NCBI GenBank assembly: GCA_002269645.1
Contig: NIVC01002189.1
Coordinates: forward strand, 124,001-188,000
Origin: Macrostomum lignano
Lineage: Eukaryota
Direction of reading: 5' to 3'
Length of the DNA: 64,000 nt
Shown here: positions 38,801 through 53,825 of the stretch, piece after piece
Numbering within the stretch: position 1 is the first letter of the stretch
Layout: each line of letters begins with the position of its first letter
Position numbers and translations under genes: made by a program
The notes under the pieces: generated by a model
Database searches by the model: none
Told to the model about the DNA's origin: nothing
What the model saw: only the letters and a program-made list of their open reading frames with translations

Positions 38801-40095
38801 TAACGGTGGCCCCGGTTGTGGTACATGCAGGCCATGTTGTGGTGCATGAGACCACTGGCGTCGAGATCCGGGTGCTGCTTGAGCAGAAGCTGCCGCAGCT
38901 GCTCCCCGGACTTGATCCGCGCTGGCGGTCGTAATCCAAATCCGATGGCAGATGGTCTTCGGCCGCTCAAGCAACCCATGTTGCTGTGCCAGTCGAACTT
39001 GGGCAGCTCTTCTTGCAGGAGTTGGGTGCTCTCCTCGGATTTGCACCACAGGAGGATGCACCCGTGTTGGTCAGTGCAAGTCGAGAGCAAAGAGTTTGCA
39101 CAAGGCCCAACAACCCGTTTGTCTTGGTGGACTTGGCGATGTCCACGAAGACCCCCTTCAGGGTCAGGTTTAGCAGGCCCTCATCGACGTTACACCACGC
39201 GACACCGAGCTGCTCGGGTGTAGGGTCACTGTCCCCGCCGAGAAACATTACGGCAGGTTGAAGCGGCTGCTTGACCTTAGAGGCGTAGGTCTCCAAGATC
39301 GTGTGCGGGGCCGCTTTTTCGTTGGAAGGCGGTAGGCTGGCAGGGCTGACCGAGGACACGGTGGTTCCTGACGGTCCAGCTCGCCACCAGACTCCCCAGA
39401 GGCCTTCCCCGCCGCGGTGGCTTCCGAAGGCCTCACCGCGGCTTGCCCGCCCTCCACGGATGCAGCAGCAGCCGTTTGAGGTTGCGACGGATGTTGCGCT
39501 GGCGCCGAGCTTCGGCTGTGGCGCGGCCGGTTGGACTGACTGCCAGGTCGATCGGCGGCAGCGTTGGCTGGTCCGGTTGGACCAGGTTGTTCCGGGTTGG
39601 AGCTACCAGTTTTAGCTGCCGGAGCGGCTGATCGCGGTGGGCCAGTGGCGACTGGGTCAGTTTCGTCACTGGCGTTAGTGGCCATAGCTGAAAAGCGGTG
39701 GAGGGCTACTCGTTACGCGATTTAAGTACCCGACTGGCCGACACCCCCAAGACAGCTGGTTAAAAAAGGGACCGCTAGTGACCGGACTACTCCCCGGCCT
39801 TCCAGCCCATCAGCACGGTCAACACTTTATGCATTGGAGGGTACGTTATCAGTACAACGGCCTGCGGGCTGGCGAGCCTGACCAGCATACCCAAGTTCGG
39901 CCGAAGCCACTGGATAAGTTGCCAGCGTCGGAGCCCAGTCTGTCCAGCAGCCCTAGGGTCAGCCTTGAACACTCGCGGGGACGAGCAACACCTTGGTCGA
40001 CTTACGAAACAGCGTGGGTGGGGGTCTGCGTCTGCCCGAGGCAAATAGGGGTGCAGACCTCCCACCGGCCTTTACCTGCTGAAGATAGCTGGGCA
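35805..40095 (-). mobile_element. Degenerate near-full-length R1/LOA-like LINE (ORF1, APE endonuclease, RT; internal deletion removing RNase H)
   Basis: ORF1 from 39685 with TYASKV; MQVNLQHSIAA endonuclease start at 38154; RT fragments AFDNV and GNPQGGVRSPFPWNMVMD; C-terminal remnant ENEDFV*YCPAF; many frameshifts. Confidence 0.85.
36585..36819 (+). mobile_element. RTE LINE 3' fragment nested in the R1/LOA-like LINE
   Basis: Matches the 3' end of 24660-25613; (TTG)n tail; 7-bp TSD TGAGTAC. Confidence 0.8.
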
Positions 40096-40099
40096 GATT

Positions 40100-40482
40100 G
40101 ACTGATTGACTAACTGACTGACTGATTGAGTGAGTGGGTGACTGACTGACTGACTGACTGACTGACTGACTGACTGACTGACTGACTGACTGACTGACTG
40201 ACTGACTGACTGACTGACTGACTGACTGACTGACTGACTGACTGACTGACTGACTGACTGACTGACTGACTGACTGACTGACTGACTGACTGACTGACTG
40301 ACTGACTGACTGACTGACTGACTGACTGACTGACTGACTGACTGACTGACTGACTGACTGACTGACTGACTGACTGACTGACTGACTGACTGACTGACTG
40401 ACTGACTGACTGACTGACTGACTGACTGACTGACTGACTGACTGACTGACTGACTGACTGACTGACTGACTGACTGACTGAC
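40100..40482. repeat. (TGAC/TCAG)n microsatellite, ~90 units
   Basis: Directly visible. Confidence 0.97.
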
Positions 40483-40489
40483 CGCAAGT

Positions 40490-40575
40490 TTATAAGTGAG
40501 ATTGAGCTGACTGAGGCTGAGAGGCTCCGGGCGTCCGGATGCAGCAGTGAAACGTCCCCGTCCATTCCGCTAGAG
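40490..40575 (-). mobile_element. Short 3'-terminal fragment of R1/LOA-like LINE
   Basis: ctagcggaatggacgg...gctgcatccggacgccc matches the 3' end of the LINE at 49345-49405. Confidence 0.65.
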
Positions 40576-40662
40576 TGGGGGGGGGGGTAAAGTTGCTAAC
40601 TATGGTTCGTAGTTTTCCTGTCCCTGCGAATGGAAGCTGGGACAGCATTATGGGCTTAAAAT

Positions 40663-41040
40663 TGGCGATCTCTCTCTGTTGCAAGTGAATGAGAAACTAG
40701 ATCAGTTGAGTGGTGGAGAAAAATGGGGTGGCGGAATTCCATTGACTGGTTGTCATGGCGCTCCGAAAAACAGCTAGACATCAGTTTGAGCCTTTTATTG
40801 TACTGAAGTTAGCGCACAGTGATCATTCCGCCCACCCACCCCTAGATAACTCCGCGACTCAGACCCAAGCTAGAGTTCGTGTACTCTCAGTCTATCGGTA
40901 CTCTCGATAGACTGTACTCTCGTGTACTAACGATTTCAAAATCTCTTGCCTAACTCAGAATCGCCCTAAGCTCAGTTGGAATCTTGCTTGGTGAACAGTG
41001 GGGTAAAACTTCTGCGTGGGATAGAAGAGGTAGAAAAAGG
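40663..41040 (+). repeat. Dispersed repeat, homologous to 21174-21560
   Basis: Same collinear conserved blocks. Confidence 0.7.
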
Positions 41041-41793
41041 AGCAGAGAACTGATTCATCCTGACTCCAGGGCCTGTTGTGAGCTGCCACCAGCTCGCTTT
41101 GCCAGCCGCATGTGCTCTCAACGGGCTGGAGTTTGCTGAGCTCTGCACTGAGTAAAATTTTCCTTGCAGTTTCTTACTTTCCATTTGCTATGATGCCAGC
41201 TCGATTTCTACTCGTAGATACTCGTAGATGAGTCGTGTTGCGCGTTTTAAACTGTACTAAACATTCCAAAATGCATTGGAAACAAGAATGCTTCGCTTCC
41301 AGATCCTGCAGGCTTTGAATTCGTTTCCAACTTCGCTAAAGCTAGCTAGGAGAAACTGGCTGCTTTTAGAGATTAGGCAGTGTTGAAGGCGATTTCATTT
41401 CCGTGTAACTTCCCAGCAGCAATTGTCCCTACTGCGTCCGGAGCAAATAATTCTGGCGTTAATTTTTTATAGAAGCGAGACAGCCAGTTGCACACCAATT
41501 TTACTCTATAAGTAATTTTTTCTTGAAATTTCTACAAGTTCTATTTGCTATGATGCCAACAGACCTTCTGTTTCTGGATAGGCCCACTAGCAATGAGTCA
41601 TCAATAAGTTTGCATTACAAATCAGAATGCTTCATTTTCATATCCTGCTATTCCAACTTTAGCAGTCTTTGTGAAAAATATGTGATACTAAAGGTAGCGA
41701 TTTTGCCAAAAATTTTTTTGAGTTGGCCTCGGCAAAGCCATACGGCTCATCAGTCCGCACGCATTTCTCACCTCGACTTCCGCAATCTCCCAG

Positions 41794-42307
41794 GCAACGT
41801 GGAAAACTGCCGGCTGGTACTGGTCTGACGGTGAGGAAATTCCCAGGTCAGTCGTTTCGAGTCAATGGCCTTCTGTTGTGCCAAAGCCGCTGAACCCTGA
41901 GCCAAACAAGCCTCATGCACAGCAGGCGTTGACGCCGGCTCCAACTTCGCTAAAGCTAGCGACGCCAACTGCCAGAACTACACCTACAACTCAGAGTACG
42001 CGAACAACCACAAGAGCTGCAGTCGCGCCCACAAAGAAAGCTGTACCAGCGTTCAATTCGTCTGCTCGCATACCGCGAATTCTGCACCAGGCGTTTGCAT
42101 CCGAGATGGTCTACGAAAACTACCTGCCTTACATTAACGGCTGCATGTCGCTGAACCCGGACTGGACATATTATCTGTGGCGGGACAGCGACGCGGAGGC
42201 GCTGATCAGCTCCGCCTATCCGGAGTTTCTCGCCAAGTACAAGAAATACTCTGACGTGCTGGAGCGGGCCGACTCTATTCGGTACATTGTTCTGCACCAC
42301 TTTGGCG
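41794..42307 (+). CDS. GT32 glycosyltransferase copy 2, exon A
   Basis: Same structure as copy 1, open frame, same splice sites. Confidence 0.85.
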
Positions 42308-42923
42308 GTGAGCGGCTTTGAGGACTTGTTAGTTACCCAGAGCTTTGAGTGCCGCTTCAGGAAAGCATTTGAAGCTGAATCATGCTAAATATAGATGCAA
42401 AATCGGTCAAATTGGATTGAAAGAAAATCTATAATTTCACATAGAAGCATACGAGCCAGCCCGTAAAAATAGACACACTCAAGCCCTGCCACTTGTAAAG
42501 TGCTCGCAACCAATTTTTCTATTGCAGCTCAGCGATGCTACCCTATTACAGCCGGGTGGGTGGTCAAATACCTCAGCATGATAGATCATTCTCTTATTAA
42601 CTGCCTACCTACGTACTAACCGCGGCCTGCTCTGCTTAACTAGCAGCGCTGGCGGTAAATGCGCTATTCACTTTGCTCTATTCGCTAACGACCCCTGTAG
42701 GGTTTTCATAAGCGCCTTTAAATCTCATATAGGAGTGATATCAGATGTCTTTGCTAGTTTCTAGAATTGTTTTCCGGCTCTTTGCCAGTTACAAATTACA
42801 ATGCTTCAGGTGTAAATGTTGCATAGACAAAATAATTGCCTATTTTGTCAAAAGGGTTCGGTCGTTCCTCAGTTACCAGGCATGCATCGTTATGTTCCGA
42901 CACTCCCTGCTCCGTTATTTCAG

Positions 42924-43292
42924 GAATTTACCTGGATATGGACGTACAGTGCGTCAGGCCATTCTTCCCAGCACTGGAGAATTTTAACAGCTTTTTGGAC
43001 CAGGAGCGAATCGAGCAGACGAACATCTTCTGGGGCTGGCCGTTCAGCGTGATGAACTCAGCAATGGGCTCCGCTCCCGGTCATCCGTTCTTCCGCGAGG
43101 TGATCAACGAAATGTTGCACAAGTCTCAGATTGGCAACGCGTTTGCCACCACGGGCCCGGCCATCCTCACCCAGGTGTACAAGCAATATACGGCTGTCAA
43201 GCCCGCGGTGCCGGTCACCCTGCTCGAGCCGAATGTGATGTCGCCCCTCATGGATGGCAACAAGAACTGGCGCAGCATGTGCGGCTCATTGG
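42924..43292 (+). CDS. GT32 glycosyltransferase copy 2, exon B
   Basis: GIYLDMDV DXD exon, 369 nt, canonical splice sites. Confidence 0.9.
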
Positions 43293-44896
43293 GTGAGATC
43301 CCTTTTGGAGCTTAAATTAATTGTGCAGAGAGTTTAGGCAGGGAAAAATGACTAGTGACAAAAATAAGCAGAACGCTCAACGACTCGGACTGCTGCGACC
43401 TCATTCTGGGTTGTTTAGTGGTTGTTGTTGCTAAATCACAGACGTTATTTGCGCAGAGGAAATGCTCGATTGATCAGTCACCACTTAGCTTCTAAAAGTA
43501 TACTTGCTTGTAAAACTTGACCTTGCAGTGCCGAAGCATTCACTTTGGAAACCTTACTATGATAACAGCGACGAGTATTGCTCTATGTAGCTGTTGCTCG
43601 TGCAGTACAGCGGCTTAGAAAGTCGTACTTAGCGATTCTGTGCATATTTTAGCCTAGATAACAATTGGTGAGGTAGCTCGTACATGCGCTTAAATTTGGT
43701 AGTAGTATTTCACTATCAGCTACATGTGTGTGTACTAGCATGAAATGAAGCTCATCTTCAGACTGGAGCTGAAGGGTACGAGAATACAATGTAGAGACGT
43801 AATTAGGGGTTAAATAGGAGATCAATTTTCATAGCAGTCGTACTTATGCAATTCCGCCGCAATCAATAACTACGGCCCGGCATACATGGGACACGCTGCC
43901 AAACATAAAAGAGACGCGCGACCGCCATGCATGTGGATATGAAATACGTCTCACAACCCGAGCAGTTGTGAGACACTCTGCTGCACAATTTTTCTCTTAC
44001 TGCAATGCTTAGTATTGGCAAACGTTGGTCTTATCTACGTGTGAGTCACATTTAGCAAACCCTGAATAGCTAGCGATATAGCTGAGAGCGAGCAAAGTCT
44101 TGCGGAAGAGAGTGGAAATATGAATTCACATTTTTCCAAGTCGAGTCTTTGACCGGCTAGCTGGGTGCGTGCACAAGTCTGTCAGTTAATCTGCTTTCAA
44201 AACTTTTGCTTGACTGAATCGATAGGCACAAATAGCTGAAGGCGTGCAATTTTTCTACTTTTAAAAGCAGACAACACTTCAGTAAAGTTAGCAGATCCTG
44301 TAAGCAGGCGTCTATTCAGCTGATTCAACAAGAGCGGATTAAAAACTGGAGTGACATGCGCGAATGACACACACAGACACATGCGGAACTTTTTCCCTGA
44401 CGATTTTCGGGTTGATGAAATTGTTGACACACGCACGGAGTGAAGGCGCGGGTTTTTATTATCGATAGTTGAGAAAACTCTGCAAGAACAGTAGTCGAAT
44501 GTTTTTTGTGAAAAAAGGGTTCCTAGGGGAAACAGGCACGCCATCAAGCCGCTCTGTTTTGCATGCGTAAGCTCTACAATTTCAACGCTGGCTGTCAGAG
44601 AAGATTTTAGTCAGATCTGATTTGGCATTCAGTGAGGACTGAGGATCAAACAGCAGTGAGGATCTTGATTGCGCTGGTAGTTTCATTCTATGAACAATGA
44701 GAGACCGGGAGGAAGCAGTAGGATCCCAGGCAGTAGTCGCTCTCTCCCGCATTACCATCGCCGGACTGGGGCTGCACGGTTCTCTCCTCCAGATACTTAT
44801 AAAGGCAGTACAGTGCTTGGCCGGAGAGAGAGTTTACTAGCTATACTACTGGATTGGAATCTATTAATAATTTAATTTTATGACCCCGCTTTTCAG

Positions 44897-45111
44897 CTGC
44901 AGCCAAATCGAAGCCGGACTCGCAGCGCAGCTGGAAAGAGCGCGGCTGCATCATGCTTGAGTCGAAGAACTGGCGCTACGATGACTCGGACAATTCCACA
45001 ATCTGCGTTCACAGATTCCTTCATCTTGGCTACGGCTTCGCTGCCGGGGCGCGCAAGAAGCCGTTTAATGTCACTGCCCGCTTCTGGCCCCGGGTTCGAA
45101 CTTTCAAATGA
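44897..45111 (+). CDS. GT32 glycosyltransferase copy 2, last exon
   Basis: 215 nt, in phase, ends TGA. Confidence 0.75.
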
Positions 45112-46649
45112 AGAGGTAAACAGGTGGCTGACTGTCAAGTGCCTAAGCTTCTAGTGATGCCATTTCATAACAGAAGGAAAGTTCACACTGCGAATTCAAA
45201 GAAACGCGTTGGAATGTCTCGTAGCTGGTTGGTGGACTTAGCTGCAGGGCAGAAGTAGTAGTGTTAAGTGTTTTAGAACATTTTCCTGTGCAATAAGTGT
45301 CAAATACTCGTATTCCATATCAAATGTAATAGTGTTTGCTTATTTTAAACAAGATCTTGCTCTTGTACTGTTTTGTCATTGCACCTTGATCCGAATTGAC
45401 TGGATGGCTTAGAATGCACATGAACTATTCATCAGCTCATGCATCTCTACAGGTGCTTTGGAGGACAGATTCTACTGTAAACTAGTCATAATTACGCTCG
45501 TAGTTACTTACCATCATTCGGTGGATGAGAGCACTGCCGTGTCTTGGCTGAATTTTGCGTATTGTTTGATTGAAACGAATTCTGACGGCTTGATGCGTGT
45601 CTGCTCATTCTGTCATATTCATCCTCCGCAGATGCAGCTATATTTTGCATGCGGCACCAATAGATTTGTGATGAAGCGTCAGACGGACATGAAAACTTCA
45701 GTTATGAGCACAATTTCGTATAAAGATTCCCTATGACTCACAATTTACCGTACGGATATATTTTACACATAATGCAATTGCGTTTCCGAGACTGTCAGAT
45801 GCATTAGAAATTACATTTTTGCCAATCAGTTCATGTTCCAATGTGCTGTGATTAGTTTTGTTACAAATAAGTAGCCGAATTAATTAATCTATAAAAGCTA
45901 CAAATTCCCATGTAGGTTAAAGCATTGTAAGAGCGAAAATGACATTCCATCACTATAATCTATCTAATACTTGTATATCTAATATATAGTCTTTATTATG
46001 TTTCTTCTTACTAGCTCTTATTATTTCAATACCTCGTGACTGAGGTGTGTCAATGTTTTCGCTTCAATTTTTCCAGCAAATGCCTATCGTAATGAATGCG
46101 ACGAAGATTCAGATAGATTTAACTTCTTAAATTTAATTTGCGTTGAAAATTGAGTCCTGGTAGTAAGCGGCAGTCTTCGTGGCTGAGAGGCCGTGCTCTT
46201 AGAGCTACTGACTTGTGCAAGATTCATTTAGCTTGCACTATAAATGTAAAGCTTACTTCCCTACGACTGCTTATAAAATCAAGAAAATTAGCCTATCAGG
46301 TAAGCCAGATAAAGCTGCATGTACGCGCGTTACTCACTTGTAACTCTACAGCCGCGAGATAACGAGAAAACCTACTTATAATGTACACCCGTAACAAAAA
46401 ATTACCTGCTTTAAAAGTACTCGCATATTCTTCTAGCCAATAGGCATTACTCGTCAAGGAAATACTGGATGACTCGAAAAAGATGCAGGAGCGTGTGGAC
46501 TACTAGACGTAGTCGAAGACGTAGACGCTACTCTTGCAATTTCATTTTGATGCTAAAGATCAACCTCTTCTTATTTTTGGGCAGACATCGCCCTTCACTT
46601 AAAGAATTATAGCGTCTTTCTAGACGTATGTCACTTAAATCGTATGACG

Positions 46650-47105
46650 GCCGGTATATATGGTCTAAGACGGCCGATGTATGTAGTCCAAGAGGGCCGA
46701 TGTCTATGGTCTAAGACGGCCGATGTATGTAGCCTAAGAGGGCCGATGTCTATGGTCTAAGACGGCCGATGTATGTAGTCTAAGAGAGCCGATGTCTATG
46801 GTCTAAGACGGACGATGTATGTAGCCTAAGAGGGCCGATGTCTATGGTCTAAGACGGCCGATGTATGTAGTCTAAGAGAGCCGATGTCTATGGTCTAAGA
46901 CGGACGATGTATGTAGTCTAAGAGGGCCGATGTTATGGTCTAAGACGGCCGATGTCTATGGTCTAAGACGGACGATGTATGTAGTCTAAGAAGGCCGATG
47001 TCTATGGTCTAAGACGGCCGATGTTTGTAATCTAAGACGGCCGATGTCTATAGTCAAGACGGCCGATGTCTATGGTCTAAGACGACCGATGTCTATGGTA
47101 GAAGA
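46650..47105. repeat. 23-bp minisatellite, copy in duplicate 2
   Basis: Same unit as 33680-34165 with a different order of variants. Confidence 0.9.
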
Positions 47106-48449
47106 CGGCCGGGGGTCGGACACTGATTCAACTTGAAGCTTAACTCAGTGACTCAGCTCGCAACGTTTCAAAAACCTTCAGAGCGAAAAATGAAATCCGA
47201 GCGTCTTTAACGCCTTGTAGGCCCTAAACGGTTTGACATGTAAACAAATGAATTTCATGCACTATACAACAAGACGGGACTTGATAAAACTAACATTTTT
47301 TACTTTCCTAAATTCAACCCTATAATGTATCGTGCTTTTCCTTTACAGATTGAGCCATACCTCAGCTAGGAAACTCTACAAATAGGTCGATCTGTTGCAC
47401 TTCCTGCCCACGGATATCTTTTTTATAGAAAAAGTTTCGCGACATTCGCTTCCTAATATCGAATTATCCCTTAGCAGAAAGAGGAATCTTTCAGCTGCCT
47501 TTCTGCCTGCCCTATCTCTTTGAGTGTAGGGTGAACACGAATTGTCCACCCTACAATCCGTGCTCATTCTGAGTTCTATGGTTCTGTAGGGTGTAGAGAG
47601 CGTCTAGTCCAGTTTTACACAATTAATTTATGAGGACCCGAGACAGGGTCAGAGCAGGACATCTCAGTTTACTAGTGTGCTACATTGAGAAGTTATCGCT
47701 CCTATTCTATAGGTTTTTCCTGGTCAAGTAGTCAACACAGATTGCTTCCATGTCAAGGCTTCATGAAGAGAATTACTGAAATGCTGGGGCTGCTGGGGAG
47801 AATTTCTGAGACGTCAAGGTTCATTAGAAAAATTGCTGAGATATCTGTCATGACTTATGGGGTGGGGCCGCGCGGTAGGGGTGAAGCTTGTTTAGTAAGC
47901 CTTGTGAGCAGTACGTACGGTATGTACATGCGCGGGCCACCGTGCCCCTTGGCCTATAAAATATACAGAGCGTGGAGGGTTTTGCCTCAAGTGAGTTACT
48001 CCAAAATAAGCGATTGACTTGACTTCATTACAATATCAACAATGGAGTTGCTGAGATGTCAAGGCTCATGAGGGGATTGCTGAAATGCTGTGGCTCATGG
48101 AGGGGGTTGCTGAGATGCCAAGGGTCAATTGGAAGCTGTTGGTAGGCCAAGCCGAAGGTAGATCAAAGAGGAGTTAGGATTAAGCCATGGCATAAAAGGG
48201 AAGCTTTGATGCCAAAGCTCACAGGGGATGCTAATATCTTAGGCTGGATAGCTGACTTTCAGGGCTCATGACTTTTACATTAAGCATCATTTTACTTCGA
48301 ATACTAACAATGGAGGCTTTTCCCCTCCTTTTTCGCTCTGGCCTGGCGCGGAAGCGGTTAGCTTCCTCGTCTTGGTCTGCTGGTGGAGGACGGATCCCCC
48401 CTGCTGCTTTTTTGCAGGGCAGGTGGCTGCTAAGTAGTTGGCTGCTGGC

Positions 48450-51499
<3,050 letters not shown>

Positions 51500-51957
51500 G
51501 TATTAAACTCACAAGAGACTGTACATTTACGAGCTATATTGTCTAATTTGTGTAAAATAGGGTTAAAAAACTAATTGTTGTCCTGCTGAATGCTACTTGA
51601 CGCAATATTATCAGCGCTTCAAATTTATTCAGCAGATAATTTCAGCAATCATAGAATATAGAAGAGAGCAGGGTAAACGTTAAGGATATTCAGGTTATCA
51701 AAAACCGAAAGACATTGACACATCTCAAATAGCTTTTTTCTGACACGAATTATTGTAGCTAGTTTTAGTGCCACCACCACAAAAATAATTCTGTAGCGAA
51801 ACTCCACTGTTCATGAACATGTACTTTTTTATTATGACAGTAACATCTAAAATTACTCAAAAAGATTCGGCACATGAAATCCGTGTCAGCTATTTGGACC
51901 CGCTAAATACTAACCTAATAGGAATGGAAAGAATCACACTATAACACAATAGTGCGG

Positions 51958-52115
51958 CTGTCCCAACAATGCTATCATAGCCAGTGTGGATAGGGCTGTC
52001 CCAACAATTCCATCATAGCCAGTGTGGATAGGGCTGTCCCAACAATTCCATCATAGCCAGTGTGGATAGGGCTGTCCCAACAATTCCATCATAGCCAGTG
52101 TGGATAGGGCTGTCC
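51958..52115. repeat. 38-bp tandem repeat, 4 copies
   Basis: tcccaacaattccatcatagccagtgtggatagggctg repeated. Confidence 0.9.
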
Positions 52116-52359
52116 CGAAAATTACACTAACACCATATTCATCAAGCGAAGTTTGAACTCTCCAAACATGCTAATATAAATCACTACTGTGTTGAAAGCA
52201 CACTCTAGAGCTCTACCGAGTTCATTGCACAGGTTCAAATTATAGACAGGTTGCAAAAAAATTGCGTCCACTGAGTAACACATTGTTGAGGCACACAGCA
52301 GTTAACTGACTTCACGATTCTGAAACTTTAAAAAACCAGCTCCACAGGACGAATCAAAG

Positions 52360-53825
52360 GACTGGCTGCAGCCTGCCTGCGTGGGAAGTGTCTGTTGCTG
52401 CTCCTGAGCAGCTAGTAAACAAGATGTGGCTAATGCGTCCGCGATATCGGAATGCTCGCTGTTAATTGTTGATGTAGGTCTTCTCTTTAAGGCATGTCGC
52501 TAGCGTTGCTGACTTCAGAAGCTGCGAAGAAAAGAAATTAAGATAGGTTTGATTTAGTAATAATTAATGGTCTAATCGAGAACTCTTTAATAGAATGTGT
52601 TCAACTAATGCTGGGTCTGTTTCAAAAAGTCAGAAGGAGTCGCGACTAGAATCAGCACTGTCCCAATAAGTGCGACATAAAATAGGCTGAAAAATAAGCC
52701 CAGCTGCAATGATGTCCCAATAAATGCCCCGCAAATTACCACACTTGAGCTAGGCTAGGCTGTGTTTGCTAGGCGTAGATTGTGTCCCAACAATGCCTCT
52801 GAGATTGCTTACATTGATTTTAAAGTGCCAAGCTGCAATGATGTCCCAATAAATGCCCCGCAAATTACCACACTTGAGCTAGGCTGGGCTGTGTTTGCTA
52901 GTCGTAGTTTGTGTCCCAACAATGCCTCTGAGATTGTTACATTGATTTCGAATTGTGCTCTACCGGGCAACACAAATACTCTGGTTACTTCCACAGCAGA
53001 TAATGCTCACCCAGAACAGATCGCCTCTTTCTCTTTAATCCTTTGCCGGACGAGTTGTCTTTAGCTCCACAAGACAAATCATCAATAGACTGGCTGCAGC
53101 CTGTCTGCATGAGAAGTGTCCGTTGCTGCTCCTGAGCAGCTAGTAAACAAGATGTGGCTAATGCATCCGCGATATCGGAATGCTCGCTGTTAATTGTTGA
53201 TGTAGGTCTTCTCTTTAAGGCATGTCGCTAGCGTTGCTGACTTCAGAAGCTGCGAAGAAAAGAAATTAAGATAGGTTTGATTTAGTAATAATTAATGGTC
53301 TAATCGAGAACTCTTTAATAGAATGTGTTCAACTAATGCTGGGTCTGTTTCAAAAAGTCAGAAGGAGTCGCGACTAGAATCAGCACTGTCCCAATAAGTG
53401 CGACATAAAATAGGCTGAAAAATAAGCCCAGCTGCAATGATGTCCCAATAAATGCCCCGCAAATTACCACACTTGAGCTAGGCTAGGCTGTGTTTGCTAG
53501 GCGTAGATTGTGTCCCAACAATGCCTCTGAGATTGCTTACATTGATTTCGAATTGTGCTCTACCGGGCAACACAAATACTCTGGTTACTTCCACAGCAGA
53601 TAATGCTCACCCAGAACAGATCGCCTCTTTCTCTTTAATCCTTTGCCGGACGAGTTGTCTTTAGCTCCACAAGACAAATCATCAATAGACTGGCTGCAGC
53701 CTGTCTGCATGAGAAGTGTCCGTTGCTGCTCCTGAGCAGCTAGTAAACAAGATGTGGCTAATGCGTCCGCGATATCGGAATGCTCGCTGTTAATTGTTGA
53801 TGTAGGTCTTCTCTTTAAGGCATGC
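52360..53825. repeat. Tandem ~600-730 bp duplication (units at 52360, 53088, partial at 53688)
   Basis: Near-identical units; unit 1 has an extra ~128-bp internal duplication. Confidence 0.9.

Larger units (their letters stand above)
41341..47740 (+). repeat. Segmental duplication, copy 2 (~6.4 kb)
   Basis: Near-identical to 28447-34788; has ~90 extra bp at ~41617-41706. Confidence 0.95.

Noticed and set aside
40110-40565. SQSV-repeat ORF
   Set aside because: Translation of the (TCAG)n microsatellite.
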